Shown: positions 8,011-16,821 of the stretch, piece by piece
Layout: each line of letters begins with the position of its first letter
How positions within the stretch are numbered: the first letter of the stretch is position 1
Source of the DNA: an uncultured Candidatus Micrarchaeota archaeon
GTDB taxonomy: Archaea; Micrarchaeota; Micrarchaeia; CAILAH01
Length of the DNA: 56,703 bases
Assembly: GCA_903832205.1 (NCBI GenBank)
Contig: CAILAH010000026.1
Coordinates: 1-56,703 of the forward strand
Direction of reading: 5' to 3'
Made by a program: the position numbers and the translations under genes
Notes under the pieces: model-generated
Database searches by the model: none
What the model was told of the DNA's origin: nothing
The model's input: the letters and a program-made list of their open reading frames with translations, nothing else

Positions 8011-8844
8011 TTATTCCACGCCACCCACGCCTAAAGCCTCAGAGGGCCGGAGGTTGGCGAGGATGTACCTCTTGCCGCCGAGGTCGTTGTTGCCGCCGCG
8101 AGCCAGAGGTCTTACACCCACTCCACTTATCCTGTAAAAACTGCGCTTCTCTTCATCCGATAATTGGCCCAAGAGTAGCACTTCTGTCTGCAATGGGATG
8201 CGGGTTCTTTCATCAACCTTTCCTACAGTGCCATCCTGAAGCAGGCCGTGGAGGACGATTATTGTTTTGGGGTTAATGATTATGTTTCTGCTTTCCTCAT
8301 GAATCATTCCCGGGTCGATAAATAAGCCTATGCCCTTTTCTCCAATTGCGTTAGGTGGAATGTAACTTGCCGGAAGTGTCCAGCCGGTTTTGGAATCTAC
8401 GATGTCTTTTCCTTGAACAAAGACTCCATCTTCCTCGGGGTATGCGAGTATCTCCCTTGCCCACGCTGAATAATAGTTCCTTTCTTTCAAGGGTTCCCAC
8501 TTTTCAGAATGGACAAGATAATCATCATGAAGAACGTTTGACGGAAGATGAAGGCGATGTGTTGACACAAGCTTGAACGCCCCCAGATAATCAAATCTTA
8601 TGGAGCGATTGGTGACCGGTGCCGCTGCGATTATTATGGAATTGGCAGGACGCCCTGCTGAGAGTATTTTTATTTCCTTTCCTAAATCGTTCTCTGCATA
8701 AGTGGAAACTACATTTGCTTTTTGTAATGGCTTCTCAGGCGCGGGCTTCTCCGCGCAGAATGGGGCCTCATGGCGCCTAATCCTGCCGAGAACTTCGGCC
8801 TTCTTTTTTTGGTCGATCAATGCTCCAAAATATCTTTCTGCCAT
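8011..8844 (-). CDS. Paralogue of the DGR target protein (46551..47351) with a degenerate VR-like C terminus
   Basis: Collinear with the DGR target: NDLGKEIK, HLPSNVLHDDYLV-SEKW, YY-AWAREILAYPE-DG-FVQG, KTIIVL-GL, FYRISG-GVRP-AR, and both end in ..GVGGV. Its N terminus ERYFGALIDQ is a decayed form of the EREGLFGQDV tag. Confidence 0.85.
   Translation of the reverse strand: MAERYFGALIDQKKKAEVLGRIRRHEAPFCAEKPAPEKPLQKANVVSTYAENDLGKEIKILSAGRPANSIIIAAAPVTNRSIRFDYLGAFKLVSTHRLHLPSNVLHDDYLVHSEKWEPLKERNYYSAWAREILAYPEEDGVFVQGKDIVDSKTGWTLPASYIPPNAIGEKGIGLFIDPGMIHEESRNIIINPKTIIVLHGLLQDGTVGKVDERTRIPLQTEVLLLGQLSDEEKRSFYRISGVGVRPLARGGNNDLGGKRYILANLRPSEALGVGGVE
8031..8110 (-). repeat. VR-like segment (remote, degenerate copy of the DGR TR/VR)
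   Basis: The coding strand GCTCGC GGC GGC AAC AAC GAC CTC GGC GGC AAG AGG TAC ATC CTC GCC AAC CTC aligns to the TR GCTCGC GAC AAC AAC AAC CTC AAC AAC AGG AGG AAC ATC AAC TGC AAC AAC. Most differences fall at TR adenines, but several do not. Confidence 0.5.
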
Positions 8845-8863
8845 TAGTATTCACTTCTGGATT

Positions 8864-11044
8864 TTATTCTCCCTTCTTCTCCGCCTCTAGTATTGCGTTC
8901 ATTGTCTTCTTGGTGACGTCAATCATCAGGTTTGCCATGTCCTCATCCTTGTTGATGGGGTCGGTCACGGCATGGCCTGCCGCTGCAAAGTCCGAGGCGG
9001 TGGTGTTGCCGTATGAGCCGAGCCTTACGAAGACCACCTGGTGCCTTTTCATGGAGGCGAGCAGCTCGTCCTTCGCGGTGCTCCAGTTGTATATTTCACC
9101 GTCTGAGAGCAGGATTATCAGTGAGGGGTCCGCCTTGTCGAGCTCGGGGCACAAGACCTTCGGGTCGAGCTGCGTGCCGCCGCTCTGGTAGTTGAACATC
9201 GCCCTGCGGATTGCATCCGCCTGGGAGAAGTCCCTCCATCCGCTCACTACGGTTGCATCCGAGAACGTGACCATCTGTAATTTTATGTACGGGAGTATGC
9301 CCTCGCGCTGCAGCCATTTCATCGTTCCAACTGCGCCAAGCAATGCGAAGTGGTAGCCGCTGCCTTCAGGCCACGGGATTATCGAGTTGCTCCTGCTTCC
9401 GCAGAACATTGAGCCGGATGTGTCCACTATCCACATCACGTTCGGGAATCCCTTTATCCCCTTCATGAACGGGAAGTTCATCTCGTACTTGAACCTGTGT
9501 GCGCCAAGCGTTGGTTCGCCCTCGTCACTTAGCATAGGGCCGAATATGTCCCTCTGCTCGTGCACGTCAGGGTCGAATTCCTCCGGCTTGAACTTCTTCA
9601 CCGGCATGCTCATCCCCTTGTCCTCCTCTTCCGCAGTGATCGGGATGTCTGCCGCCTCAATCTCATAGTAGTATTGCACTGCTTCGGCCGCATCCATAAA
9701 GTGCGGCACGCCTGCGGAGCCTGCGCCCCTGCCGCGTCCCTTTCCCTTTGCGCGGTTGATGCGGTCCTCCATTACTTTCTTTCTCTGGTCGTCCTTCTCC
9801 AGCTCCTTGTCCATGGTGTCGCTGCCTGGGCCGCTTTTCTTCTCGTTTACCTTATCATCCTCGTTTGAGCCGTCCGATATGTCCTTTGAATCGTATTCGT
9901 CGCCGCTGTCTTCAATGTCCCCGTCCGGGCGCTGCTCTTTCTTTCCCGAGCCGCCGCCCTCGCCGTCCTCCTTTTCGCCCTTTTCCTTTTCGTCCTTTTC
10001 CCCTGAGCCCTTGCCGCCATCCTTGTCCTCCTTGCCGTCGCCAGGCTTGTCGGATTTTTCCTTGCCGCCCTTTCCTGCACCTGAGCTTTCGTCAACGTCT
10101 GCCTGGCCTTGGCCCTGGCCTTCTCCTTCTCCCTCGCCCTGCTGGCCTTCCCCCTCACCTTCCTGGGATTCGCCCTGCTCACTCTGGCCCTGGCCGCCAT
10201 CCTTGTTTTTCTTGGGCTTTGAGTTGCCCTTAACTATCTTCACCAAATGATGGGTGTTCTTTGCGAATATCTTCGCCATTGAGACCCAGTTCTTCTCGTT
10301 CATGAGGACCTTGTGCATGTCCTCCTGGGACATGTTTTGAACGCCCCATTCCTTCAGCACGTTCTCCGCGGCGGTCCTTGCCTCTGCAAGCTCGGCGCCT
10401 GAAAGCTTTGAGAAGTTGGGCTGGAGCAGTTTCCTGTCCTCCGCATCGCCCCACACGTGCAGCTGCACGAGCATGTAGGCCGCGAAGAATTTCGTGAAAT
10501 GCCCTGTCTCTGAGTAGAATACGCTGAGCGACCTCTCGCCCTCATACCTGAGGTGCGCGTTATCGGCTATGTCCTCGAAGCAGTTTGCGAGGTGCTGGAT
10601 GAGGCTCTTGCTTTTCTTTCCTGCTGATTTCAAAAAGTCTGCTATGCCGTCCTGTATGTCCACGTGCATGGGGACCGAGTGCGGGCACACCTTCCAGTGG
10701 CCGATCTCGTGGTCGCCTGCAAAGTGGCACGCCTGCTTCACGGGGTCGATTATGCCGTGGTCTGAGCAGTATTTGATTACGATGCCCCTGTCGGGGTTCC
10801 AGAATACGTTGAGGCGCACGTGCGCGTCCCACTGCTCAAGGCCGATTTCAGCCTCGAGCGGGCGGCCCTTGATGTTGGCATTGAGCGGCTCAATCTTGAT
10901 TGTGCCACCAATCATGCCCCTCTCAACCCTCAGGCTGGTGAGGTCCCTGCGGATTTCTTCGAGCATTTGGGGAGTAGTAAAAGCCTTAATTTTGCGCTTA
11001 GGCTTGTCGGATTCTTTCTTTTTGAATATTGAGAACATGCCCAT
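8864..11044 (-). CDS. Metallopeptidase-like (HExxH) N-domain, ~150-aa acidic G/E/K/D low-complexity linker and C-terminal VWA domain (DUF2201/COG3864-like MoxR partner, family call tentative)
   Basis: FAGDHEIGHWKVCPH contains HExxH. The linker is GEGEGQQGEGEGEGQGQGQ...KDEKEKGEKEDGEGGG. VWA MIDAS motif in MWIVDTSGSMF, with later IILLSDGE. Confidence 0.8.
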   Translation of the reverse strand: MGMFSIFKKKESDKPKRKIKAFTTPQMLEEIRRDLTSLRVERGMIGGTIKIEPLNANIKGRPLEAEIGLEQWDAHVRLNVFWNPDRGIVIKYCSDHGIIDPVKQACHFAGDHEIGHWKVCPHSVPMHVDIQDGIADFLKSAGKKSKSLIQHLANCFEDIADNAHLRYEGERSLSVFYSETGHFTKFFAAYMLVQLHVWGDAEDRKLLQPNFSKLSGAELAEARTAAENVLKEWGVQNMSQEDMHKVLMNEKNWVSMAKIFAKNTHHLVKIVKGNSKPKKNKDGGQGQSEQGESQEGEGEGQQGEGEGEGQGQGQADVDESSGAGKGGKEKSDKPGDGKEDKDGGKGSGEKDEKEKGEKEDGEGGGSGKKEQRPDGDIEDSGDEYDSKDISDGSNEDDKVNEKKSGPGSDTMDKELEKDDQRKKVMEDRINRAKGKGRGRGAGSAGVPHFMDAAEAVQYYYEIEAADIPITAEEEDKGMSMPVKKFKPEEFDPDVHEQRDIFGPMLSDEGEPTLGAHRFKYEMNFPFMKGIKGFPNVMWIVDTSGSMFCGSRSNSIIPWPEGSGYHFALLGAVGTMKWLQREGILPYIKLQMVTFSDATVVSGWRDFSQADAIRRAMFNYQSGGTQLDPKVLCPELDKADPSLIILLSDGEIYNWSTAKDELLASMKRHQVVFVRLGSYGNTTASDFAAAGHAVTDPINKDEDMANLMIDVTKKTMNAILEAEKKGE

Positions 11045-11054
11045 TTTATCATCC

Positions 11055-11255
11055 TTAGATATAGAAATTGGCGCTTAACTCATATTTATACCTTCCGCTC
11101 ATCACGAGGAAGGGGTTGTAGACCTTTTGGGGCCATTCCGCCTGAGGATCAAGATTTGCCGGAAAGTGCCTGAATGTGCCTTCCATGCCATCCCAGGTGC
11201 CCGTTGCGTTATCGGGCTCCCTATTCCCTATGCGAATATTGCTATTGATTATCAT
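11055..11255 (-). CDS. Small hypothetical protein (66 aa)
   Basis: A strong SD precedes the start (GGTGAAACGCA-ATG). Its ATG overlaps the upstream stop (ATGA). It ends 10 nt before the metallopeptidase-VWA start. No recognisable family. Confidence 0.55.
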   Translation of the reverse strand: MIINSNIRIGNREPDNATGTWDGMEGTFRHFPANLDPQAEWPQKVYNPFLVMSGRYKYELSANFYI

Positions 11256-11995
11256 TGCGTTTCACCATACTTTTTCTTGATGATGCTTTCTGCAGCAGGG
11301 GAGCCATTGGCAGTAAGCTCTTTCATGCTGTAATCAAACAGGTCGGTTTTCATCAGTTTCGTGATCTCCGCCTCATTGGTTGGCTGGCCGTAGGCGACTG
11401 CTACAACAGCCTTCTGTATACTTTCAAGCTCCTCTATCTTGCGCTTTCCCTTCATGTACATGATTGCGCAGACTGCGGTTAGCCCACTCATAAGCAAAGT
11501 GCCAAAGCCGAGTATCACTGTAATTGCAAATGCGCCGTAAGTCCGGTCAAACAGGCTGACTCCAATCAGATTAAGGGCAAAACCCACGCTGGAGACTGCT
11601 GCGCAGGACGGCATTATATAATAGAACATTGCCTTCCTGAGCCTGTCCTTGAAAATCAGGCTCTCGGCGGCAAGGCGCTCATTTGCAATCATATCGTTAA
11701 TCTTGCCGAGCGCGCCGGCTATTTTCTCATCGCGCGTTTGTTCAAGCTTCTCCGATGCGGCCTTTTCCAGGTCGCCATCCTTCACGGATTGCTCGAGCGA
11801 TTTTACCTCTTTATCGGAAACTTTGACGGTGCCCGGCTTAGTGCCGAGAATCCCCTCTTGTTCATATTTGCTAAGCATCGGGTCTGGGAGCTTTTTCTTG
11901 GCGGATTTTATTGATGCTGCAACCTTGTTCCCCTTTGCTTCCGCTCCCTGCTTGCTTTCTTCGGCGAGCTTTTGCAAAAATGGGTCCTTATTCAT
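11252..11995 (-). CDS. Tagged array protein, membrane-hairpin class
   Basis: Has KDPFLQKLAEE followed by the tag KLPDPMLSKYEQEGILGTKPGTVK. A long hydrophobic pair lies at AMFYYIMPSCAAVSSVGFALNLIGV...AFAITVILGFGTLLMSGLTAVCAIMY. Start is ambiguous between 11995 and 12004. Confidence 0.85.
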   Translation of the reverse strand: MNKDPFLQKLAEESKQGAEAKGNKVAASIKSAKKKLPDPMLSKYEQEGILGTKPGTVKVSDKEVKSLEQSVKDGDLEKAASEKLEQTRDEKIAGALGKINDMIANERLAAESLIFKDRLRKAMFYYIMPSCAAVSSVGFALNLIGVSLFDRTYGAFAITVILGFGTLLMSGLTAVCAIMYMKGKRKIEELESIQKAVVAVAYGQPTNEAEITKLMKTDLFDYSMKELTANGSPAAESIIKKKYGETQ

Positions 11996-12815
11996 CGGCA
12001 TCATCCTCTTTTTCCTCGCCTTCGAAATAGCCAAATTTCATATGCAGCCACCTCTCCGTGAACTTGATTGCCTCCACTGCGGAGGGGAAGCGCTCAAGCT
12101 CTATAAGATCAGAAATAAAATCTGATTTTGTAGATTGAACTGAATCTTGGACCTTTGTATATTTCCGGCTTTCAAATGTAAGCGCTTTCTTCAGGTCTTT
12201 TTCTGAGGCCGGCTGGTTGTCACGGATGGACTTGAGCACGCGTACGCGGGCGCTTTCCGCTTTCATTCTAGCATAAGTTGCCAGCAAAACGAGCGATATT
12301 ATTATTGTTGCAAAACCGCCAAACCAAGCTGCCCCATGCGTAAGCACGTTATCTGGCTGAAAATAGAAAGTTGTTGCAACTGCCGTTGATGTGATTGCAA
12401 TGGATGTCGCCAATCCTTTTGCCAATTGTGTGACCCCATGCCTAAAGCCAGTGACGCCGTTTTCCCTGCTATCAATGAGCTTCTGGGCCTTTGAGTGCAG
12501 TTTTTCCTGCATCCTTGCATTTTTCCTGTCTGTCTCCACCTTTTCGAGTTTAGCCTGCAAGGCGGCTTCCTGTTCGGCCTCAGCGAGCGCATCATCAAGG
12601 GTAATCTCCTTCCCGCGCTCTCCCTTCACGAAGCCGGGCTTTGCGCCAAAGAGGCCTTCGTCGTTGTATTTGCCTATTATGGGGTCGGGGAGGCGGGGCT
12701 TTTTCGATGTTACCATAGTAACATTAGGTTCTTTCGCATTTGTTTTTCCCATATCTGCCTGCGCTTTTGCATCCTTCTCCACTGGCATTTTCGAATTGAT
12801 ATTCATGAGCATCAT
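11988..12815 (-). CDS. Tagged array protein, membrane-hairpin class
   Basis: Tag: NVTMVTSKKPRLPDPIIGKYNDEGLFGAKPGFVKGERGKEITL. A coiled-coil stretch follows, then the hydrophobic pair LATSIAITSTAVATTFYF...AAWFGGFATIIISLVLLATY. Confidence 0.85.
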   Translation of the reverse strand: MMLMNINSKMPVEKDAKAQADMGKTNAKEPNVTMVTSKKPRLPDPIIGKYNDEGLFGAKPGFVKGERGKEITLDDALAEAEQEAALQAKLEKVETDRKNARMQEKLHSKAQKLIDSRENGVTGFRHGVTQLAKGLATSIAITSTAVATTFYFQPDNVLTHGAAWFGGFATIIISLVLLATYARMKAESARVRVLKSIRDNQPASEKDLKKALTFESRKYTKVQDSVQSTKSDFISDLIELERFPSAVEAIKFTERWLHMKFGYFEGEEKEDDADE

Positions 12816-13564
12816 TTCCTGGCATTTCCTATACTAATATAAATTTCCCTAATGCGGTCTCTGCCAGCCACGTTGTTTGTAAGCCATTCATGGAATTCTT
12901 TGTCATCTTTTACGTTCCTTATGTCCTTATCTGTATAGGTGGCGTTAGGCTCCTTGCTTATGTAATCGAGCAGCTTTAATTCCGAATCATACTTGGGCAT
13001 CGTGCGCGCCTTGAGTAGTTTTGTTAACAAAATGTCAAGTGTTAGATAGAGGACCATATATGAGGCTATCCATCCCGTCCATGACCAGAAAGCATTGGGC
13101 ATCTTATCAAATAAATTCTCATATAGGGACATGGCGCCAGGTTTCCACTGGTCTATAATGGTTAAGGAAGAAATGAGACTGGCCATGTGGGCGATATCAT
13201 CGCCCTTCCTTTTCTTCGTATCCCTGTGCTTTTGCACATGGGACTTCATATCGGCAACCATTGGCCGTACATCTTTCATCTCGTTTTTTTCTTTCTCTTC
13301 CTGCGCCTTAAGCGCTTCCTCAAGCTTCTGCGCTTCCAATTCTGACGCTGCCTTTTCTGCCGCTTCGCTTTTCATTTTTTTCGCGGCATCATCAATGCTC
13401 ATCTCTTTCTTGCCGAGTTTTACCATTCCGGGCTTCGCGCCGAGGATTCCCTGCTCTTCGTATTTGCCGAGTATCGGGTCCGGGAGCTTTTTTGTGGCAG
13501 GTTTGTCAGGATTTAAAACAGGCTTCTGCGCGCCATTGAGTTTCTGTAAAACTGCCATGATCAT
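12812..13564 (-). CDS. Tagged array protein, membrane-hairpin class
   Basis: Tag: KLPDPILGKYEEQGILGAKPGMVKLGKKEMSI. An E/K-rich helix follows, then a hydrophobic region AFWSWTGWIASYMVLYLTLDILL. Confidence 0.85.
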   Translation of the reverse strand: MIMAVLQKLNGAQKPVLNPDKPATKKLPDPILGKYEEQGILGAKPGMVKLGKKEMSIDDAAKKMKSEAAEKAASELEAQKLEEALKAQEEKEKNEMKDVRPMVADMKSHVQKHRDTKKRKGDDIAHMASLISSLTIIDQWKPGAMSLYENLFDKMPNAFWSWTGWIASYMVLYLTLDILLTKLLKARTMPKYDSELKLLDYISKEPNATYTDKDIRNVKDDKEFHEWLTNNVAGRDRIREIYISIGNARK

Positions 13565-14442
13565 CAATCCGTGTAGGTAAATTTATACTGCAAGTAGAGG
13601 GCGTCTGCCTGCGGGTTCCCGCAATTGCCCATGTATTCCAGCTTGTATAACAAGTTGTCCCTCCATTCCTTATCTAGGGAGCGGACATCGCGCACCGTCA
13701 CTTTATCCCCTTTCTCAATCCTCTTCAGGAGGCGCTTGTACTTGCGCGCATACCACCAATCGGTAATGCCCCTCAGGCCTGAGCCGCTATCTGACAGCAA
13801 AAATGAAGCCAGGAGCATTGCTGTGGCTGCGCCCCAAAGGCTTACCGTCCAACCAAACCCGTCTTTCAAGTAATTTGGGAGATGCGTTGTCCATTCTGGC
13901 GCAGTTTCGAACATCCTTGTCAACGAGTTGGGCCTTGCCTTGTCAACATCGCAGGCGAAGTACGGGCCGCATATGAATGCTGTAATGCTTGCGGCATAGC
14001 CCAGCTTGCCGGCTATCGTGAAGTAAACCGCGTTTATGCTGCCGTTGGCATCCTTCTTCCATTCCTTAATCTGGCTTTTCAGGTTATAGTAAACGCCAAT
14101 TGCCTTTCTGCCTGCATTCAGATTTTCCTTTAAAGAAACAGCATCATTCTCAATCCGTTCCTCAAACGTCCCTGCCCTTTTTATCTGCGTTTCTTCGTGC
14201 ATAACGTCCTCAAGGGCCACTTCGCCTTTGTCGCGCTTCACCATTCCCGGCGCTGTGCCGAGGATTCCTTCATCATAATACCTGGAGACGATGGGATCAA
14301 CGCGCTTCACAGCGGGGCGAGGCGTAATAGTTGTAGTAGTAACGGAATTCTTCCTCTCCTCCTTACCTCCCTTTTCAGCCTTTTCCTCTTTATCAAGAAT
14401 CGCCATGAACGGGTCTTTGGTGCGGAGTGCTATTGAATTCAT
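13564..14442 (-). CDS. Tagged array protein, membrane class
   Basis: Has KDPFMAILDKEE followed by the tag RVDPIVSRYYDEGILGTAPGMVKRDKGEVAL. Hydrophobic segments are YAASITAFICGPYFA and FGWTVSLWGAATAMLLASFLL. Starts at ATG 14442 after GTGATACTC. Confidence 0.85.
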   Translation of the reverse strand: MNSIALRTKDPFMAILDKEEKAEKGGKEERKNSVTTTTITPRPAVKRVDPIVSRYYDEGILGTAPGMVKRDKGEVALEDVMHEETQIKRAGTFEERIENDAVSLKENLNAGRKAIGVYYNLKSQIKEWKKDANGSINAVYFTIAGKLGYAASITAFICGPYFACDVDKARPNSLTRMFETAPEWTTHLPNYLKDGFGWTVSLWGAATAMLLASFLLSDSGSGLRGITDWWYARKYKRLLKRIEKGDKVTVRDVRSLDKEWRDNLLYKLEYMGNCGNPQADALYLQYKFTYTD

Positions 14443-14450
14443 GAGTATCA

Positions 14451-15272
14451 CTATTTCTTTTCCTTTGCCGCCTTCTCGGCAATCTCCTTTGTCAGCTGCT
14501 TTTCCAGTAATGCAACGAGGTCTTGATTTCTGGGCACAATATTCGATATTAGCGATATTACGTTATTCCCATTATTTTCGCAGATGCCCACGCGCGCTCC
14601 CTTTTCTATGAGCTGCTTGCAGATCTCTAATTGAGATCTGGCCGCGGCGAACATAAGGGCGGTTACGCCATCCTTATCCTGGCTATTTAGCTTGGCTCCC
14701 TTCTCGATGAGCAGCTCGCACATCCTCTTGTTATTGTTACGGGCTGCGCACATGAGGGCAGTCTCATCCTCACGCCCCCTCTTGTTCACATTGGCGCCCC
14801 TCTCTATGAGGAACATTGCCGTGTCGGTACCCTCCTTTGCATGGGCTTCTTTTACATAGGTGGCCAAAATCGTCAGCGGTGTTTGGCCGGTCTCGTTCTT
14901 TGCGTTCACGTCCGCATCCCTTGATGCGAGGAACCTGGCAACATCGAAATGGTTATTGGCCAATGCGCACATGAGCGGCGTTGAGCCCTTTACCCAGTTG
15001 GGGCTGGCCGCATCTATTGAGGCGCCCTTGGCGAACAGGTCCTTTACGGCCTGCAGGTCGCCCTTCTCAGCAGCAGCAAAAAAAGACTGATTTAATGCAT
15101 CCAGGTCGGCAAGCGCCTTTGCCTGAACTTTCCTCACGCCATCCATCACCGCATCGGACCTGGCCTTTTCCTGGTCAAACGGCTTCTTGGTATCAACGGT
15201 AGAAACATCAGTGCCGAACAGGCCTTCCCGTTCTATTGCATCAAGCATTGGGTCTCTCTTTTTTTGCACCAT
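14451..15272 (-). CDS. Tagged array protein, ankyrin-repeat class
   Basis: N terminus is MVQKKRDPMLDAIEREGLFGTDV. Ankyrin repeats follow (GSTPLMCALANNHFDVARFLASRDADVNAKN, ETALMCAARNNNKRMCELLIEKGAKLN, and others). Confidence 0.9.
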   Translation of the reverse strand: MVQKKRDPMLDAIEREGLFGTDVSTVDTKKPFDQEKARSDAVMDGVRKVQAKALADLDALNQSFFAAAEKGDLQAVKDLFAKGASIDAASPNWVKGSTPLMCALANNHFDVARFLASRDADVNAKNETGQTPLTILATYVKEAHAKEGTDTAMFLIERGANVNKRGREDETALMCAARNNNKRMCELLIEKGAKLNSQDKDGVTALMFAAARSQLEICKQLIEKGARVGICENNGNNVISLISNIVPRNQDLVALLEKQLTKEIAEKAAKEKK

Positions 15273-15281
15273 GAGTATCAC

Positions 15282-16811
15282 TTACAAATGCTCGAGCAAA
15301 TCGGCATCCGCCTTTTGCTTCTGTGCGATTAATTGGAGCACCAGGATGTAGGCCTCGTTGACAGTGGTGTCAGCGGGAAGCATGGGCTGCAATGCGACAA
15401 GCGCGTCCGCAAGCAAATCATAGCTTGGTGCACCCTGCAATGCGGCGGAATAGGTGGGCTCGCAGAAAATCAATAGGAATTTTTCAAGGTCCTCAACTAC
15501 ATATTCCTCACTTCCGCGGCGTTCCCCCTTTGGCTTCGGCTTGGTGTAATCGGTTATGAATGGGAGAATCTTTGCTATGAACCTCTCGGGGTTTGTGGCG
15601 ATAAGTTCCCTTAGTACCTTGGCATATGCGGCTTCCTCGTTCGAGCGGCCCATAAAGCCCACAAGCGTGTCAAAGAGCCCGTCAAAATTGCCCTCATTTT
15701 TGAGGGTGCCCATGGAATTCTGGATACTATGTAGGAGTACATTGCGCGCCCAGAGGCTCGGCTGCTGCTTGAGGCGCTCCGTTACGTGGGCGATGAAATC
15801 GTGCGGCCTTTCCACCGCAACCTTTGCGAGCACCGGTATTGCAGTGCCGCATATCTCTTCCCTGTGGCTGAGTGCGATTAGCGCATCCTGCAGCCGGCCG
15901 TACTTTGGCGATGAGGAAAGGTCTGGATGGCACGTATGGAGAATCTTGAATATGCGGTCCATCTTATCATTTGCCCAGGACTGGATAGTACCCTCTTTCG
16001 GGTTTTCGCATTCAAAGAGAAGCTCTTCGAGCACGATGTCCGGGTGGGATATTGACATCTTTTTAATCAAGTTGTAATACAAATTGTAGCCTGCGTTCGG
16101 CGAGTCAATGCCGAGCCTTGTGAAATCCTTTATAAAATGCGCGAATTCATCGGTTTTGTCCAGCGTATCGTAATGCGCTTCCACTGCCTTTAGCACATAA
16201 TCAATGGGGCCGCTAAAGCCCGAGGTGGCTGCGATTTCTGGGAGCTTTTCGCCCAGCTTCAGCAGGAAGCCGCCTGGGTCCCTCTCCATCAGCTCATCAA
16301 CCGCCTTCTCAAGCTTTGTTTCAAGCTTGCTTGGGCCGTCATCTAATTTGGTTGCCGTGCGGTGGAACAATAGGAGCATGGCCCCGGTGCTGCCGGTGCC
16401 GTGTATCAATGCGATATCCAAGAATGAGTCGAGCATTTTCTTATGTGGCTCCTTCTTGTCGCGTTCCTTATTATAATCTGTGACTTGCAGCGCATCCACC
16501 AGGCATGCGGTCGATGATTCCATTATCGCCCTGCTGCGCGCCTGCTGCCTCTCCTGTGCCGAACCTGCCTTTTGATCGGAAATGTTTTCAGGCTTCAGGA
16601 TTATGCCCTCCGCCTTAATGTCGGGAAGCGGCTTTCCAAAGAGCCCCTGCTCGCGCGCCGCTACCACAATGGGGTCCTTAATCTCCCTTAGGGGCTTCTG
16701 CGCCCGTGTATCAATGCCCGGTGCCGGCCTTTTCTGTACGAGCGCCTGTGCACTGCCATTGCCCGCATCCTGTGCGTTTCCATCCGCTGGTTTTGTAGTA
16801 TCATCTTTCAT
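15282..16811 (-). CDS. Tagged array protein, large soluble all-alpha (HEAT/ARM-like, inferred) class
   Basis: The tag EIKDPIVVAAREQGLFGKPLPDIK lies at residues ~45-68. The remaining ~430 aa are helix-rich with no TM segment. The SD GGTGAATACTC precedes ATG 16811. Confidence 0.85.
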   Translation of the reverse strand: MKDDTTKPADGNAQDAGNGSAQALVQKRPAPGIDTRAQKPLREIKDPIVVAAREQGLFGKPLPDIKAEGIILKPENISDQKAGSAQERQQARSRAIMESSTACLVDALQVTDYNKERDKKEPHKKMLDSFLDIALIHGTGSTGAMLLLFHRTATKLDDGPSKLETKLEKAVDELMERDPGGFLLKLGEKLPEIAATSGFSGPIDYVLKAVEAHYDTLDKTDEFAHFIKDFTRLGIDSPNAGYNLYYNLIKKMSISHPDIVLEELLFECENPKEGTIQSWANDKMDRIFKILHTCHPDLSSSPKYGRLQDALIALSHREEICGTAIPVLAKVAVERPHDFIAHVTERLKQQPSLWARNVLLHSIQNSMGTLKNEGNFDGLFDTLVGFMGRSNEEAAYAKVLRELIATNPERFIAKILPFITDYTKPKPKGERRGSEEYVVEDLEKFLLIFCEPTYSAALQGAPSYDLLADALVALQPMLPADTTVNEAYILVLQLIAQKQKADADLLEHL

Positions 16812-16821
16812 GAGTATTCAC

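Noticed and set aside
9850-10210. A GC-skewed repetitive stretch that could be a tandem DNA repeat or minisatellite.
   Set aside because: It is in frame within 8864-11044 and encodes a G/E/K/D low-complexity acidic linker. There is no exact DNA period, only compositional bias.
14442-14451. An apparently conserved N-terminal tetrapeptide (MILM, MMIM, MVLM, MIFM, MFLM) on many ORF-track proteins, which could have been taken for part of the tag.
   Set aside because: It is an artefact. The ORF caller starts at a GTG or ATG inside the Shine-Dalgarno/junction sequence (GGTGA(A)TACT(C/A)ATG, or GTGATGATTATG). The true start is the ATG 9 nt downstream. The conservation reflects the SD, not the protein.
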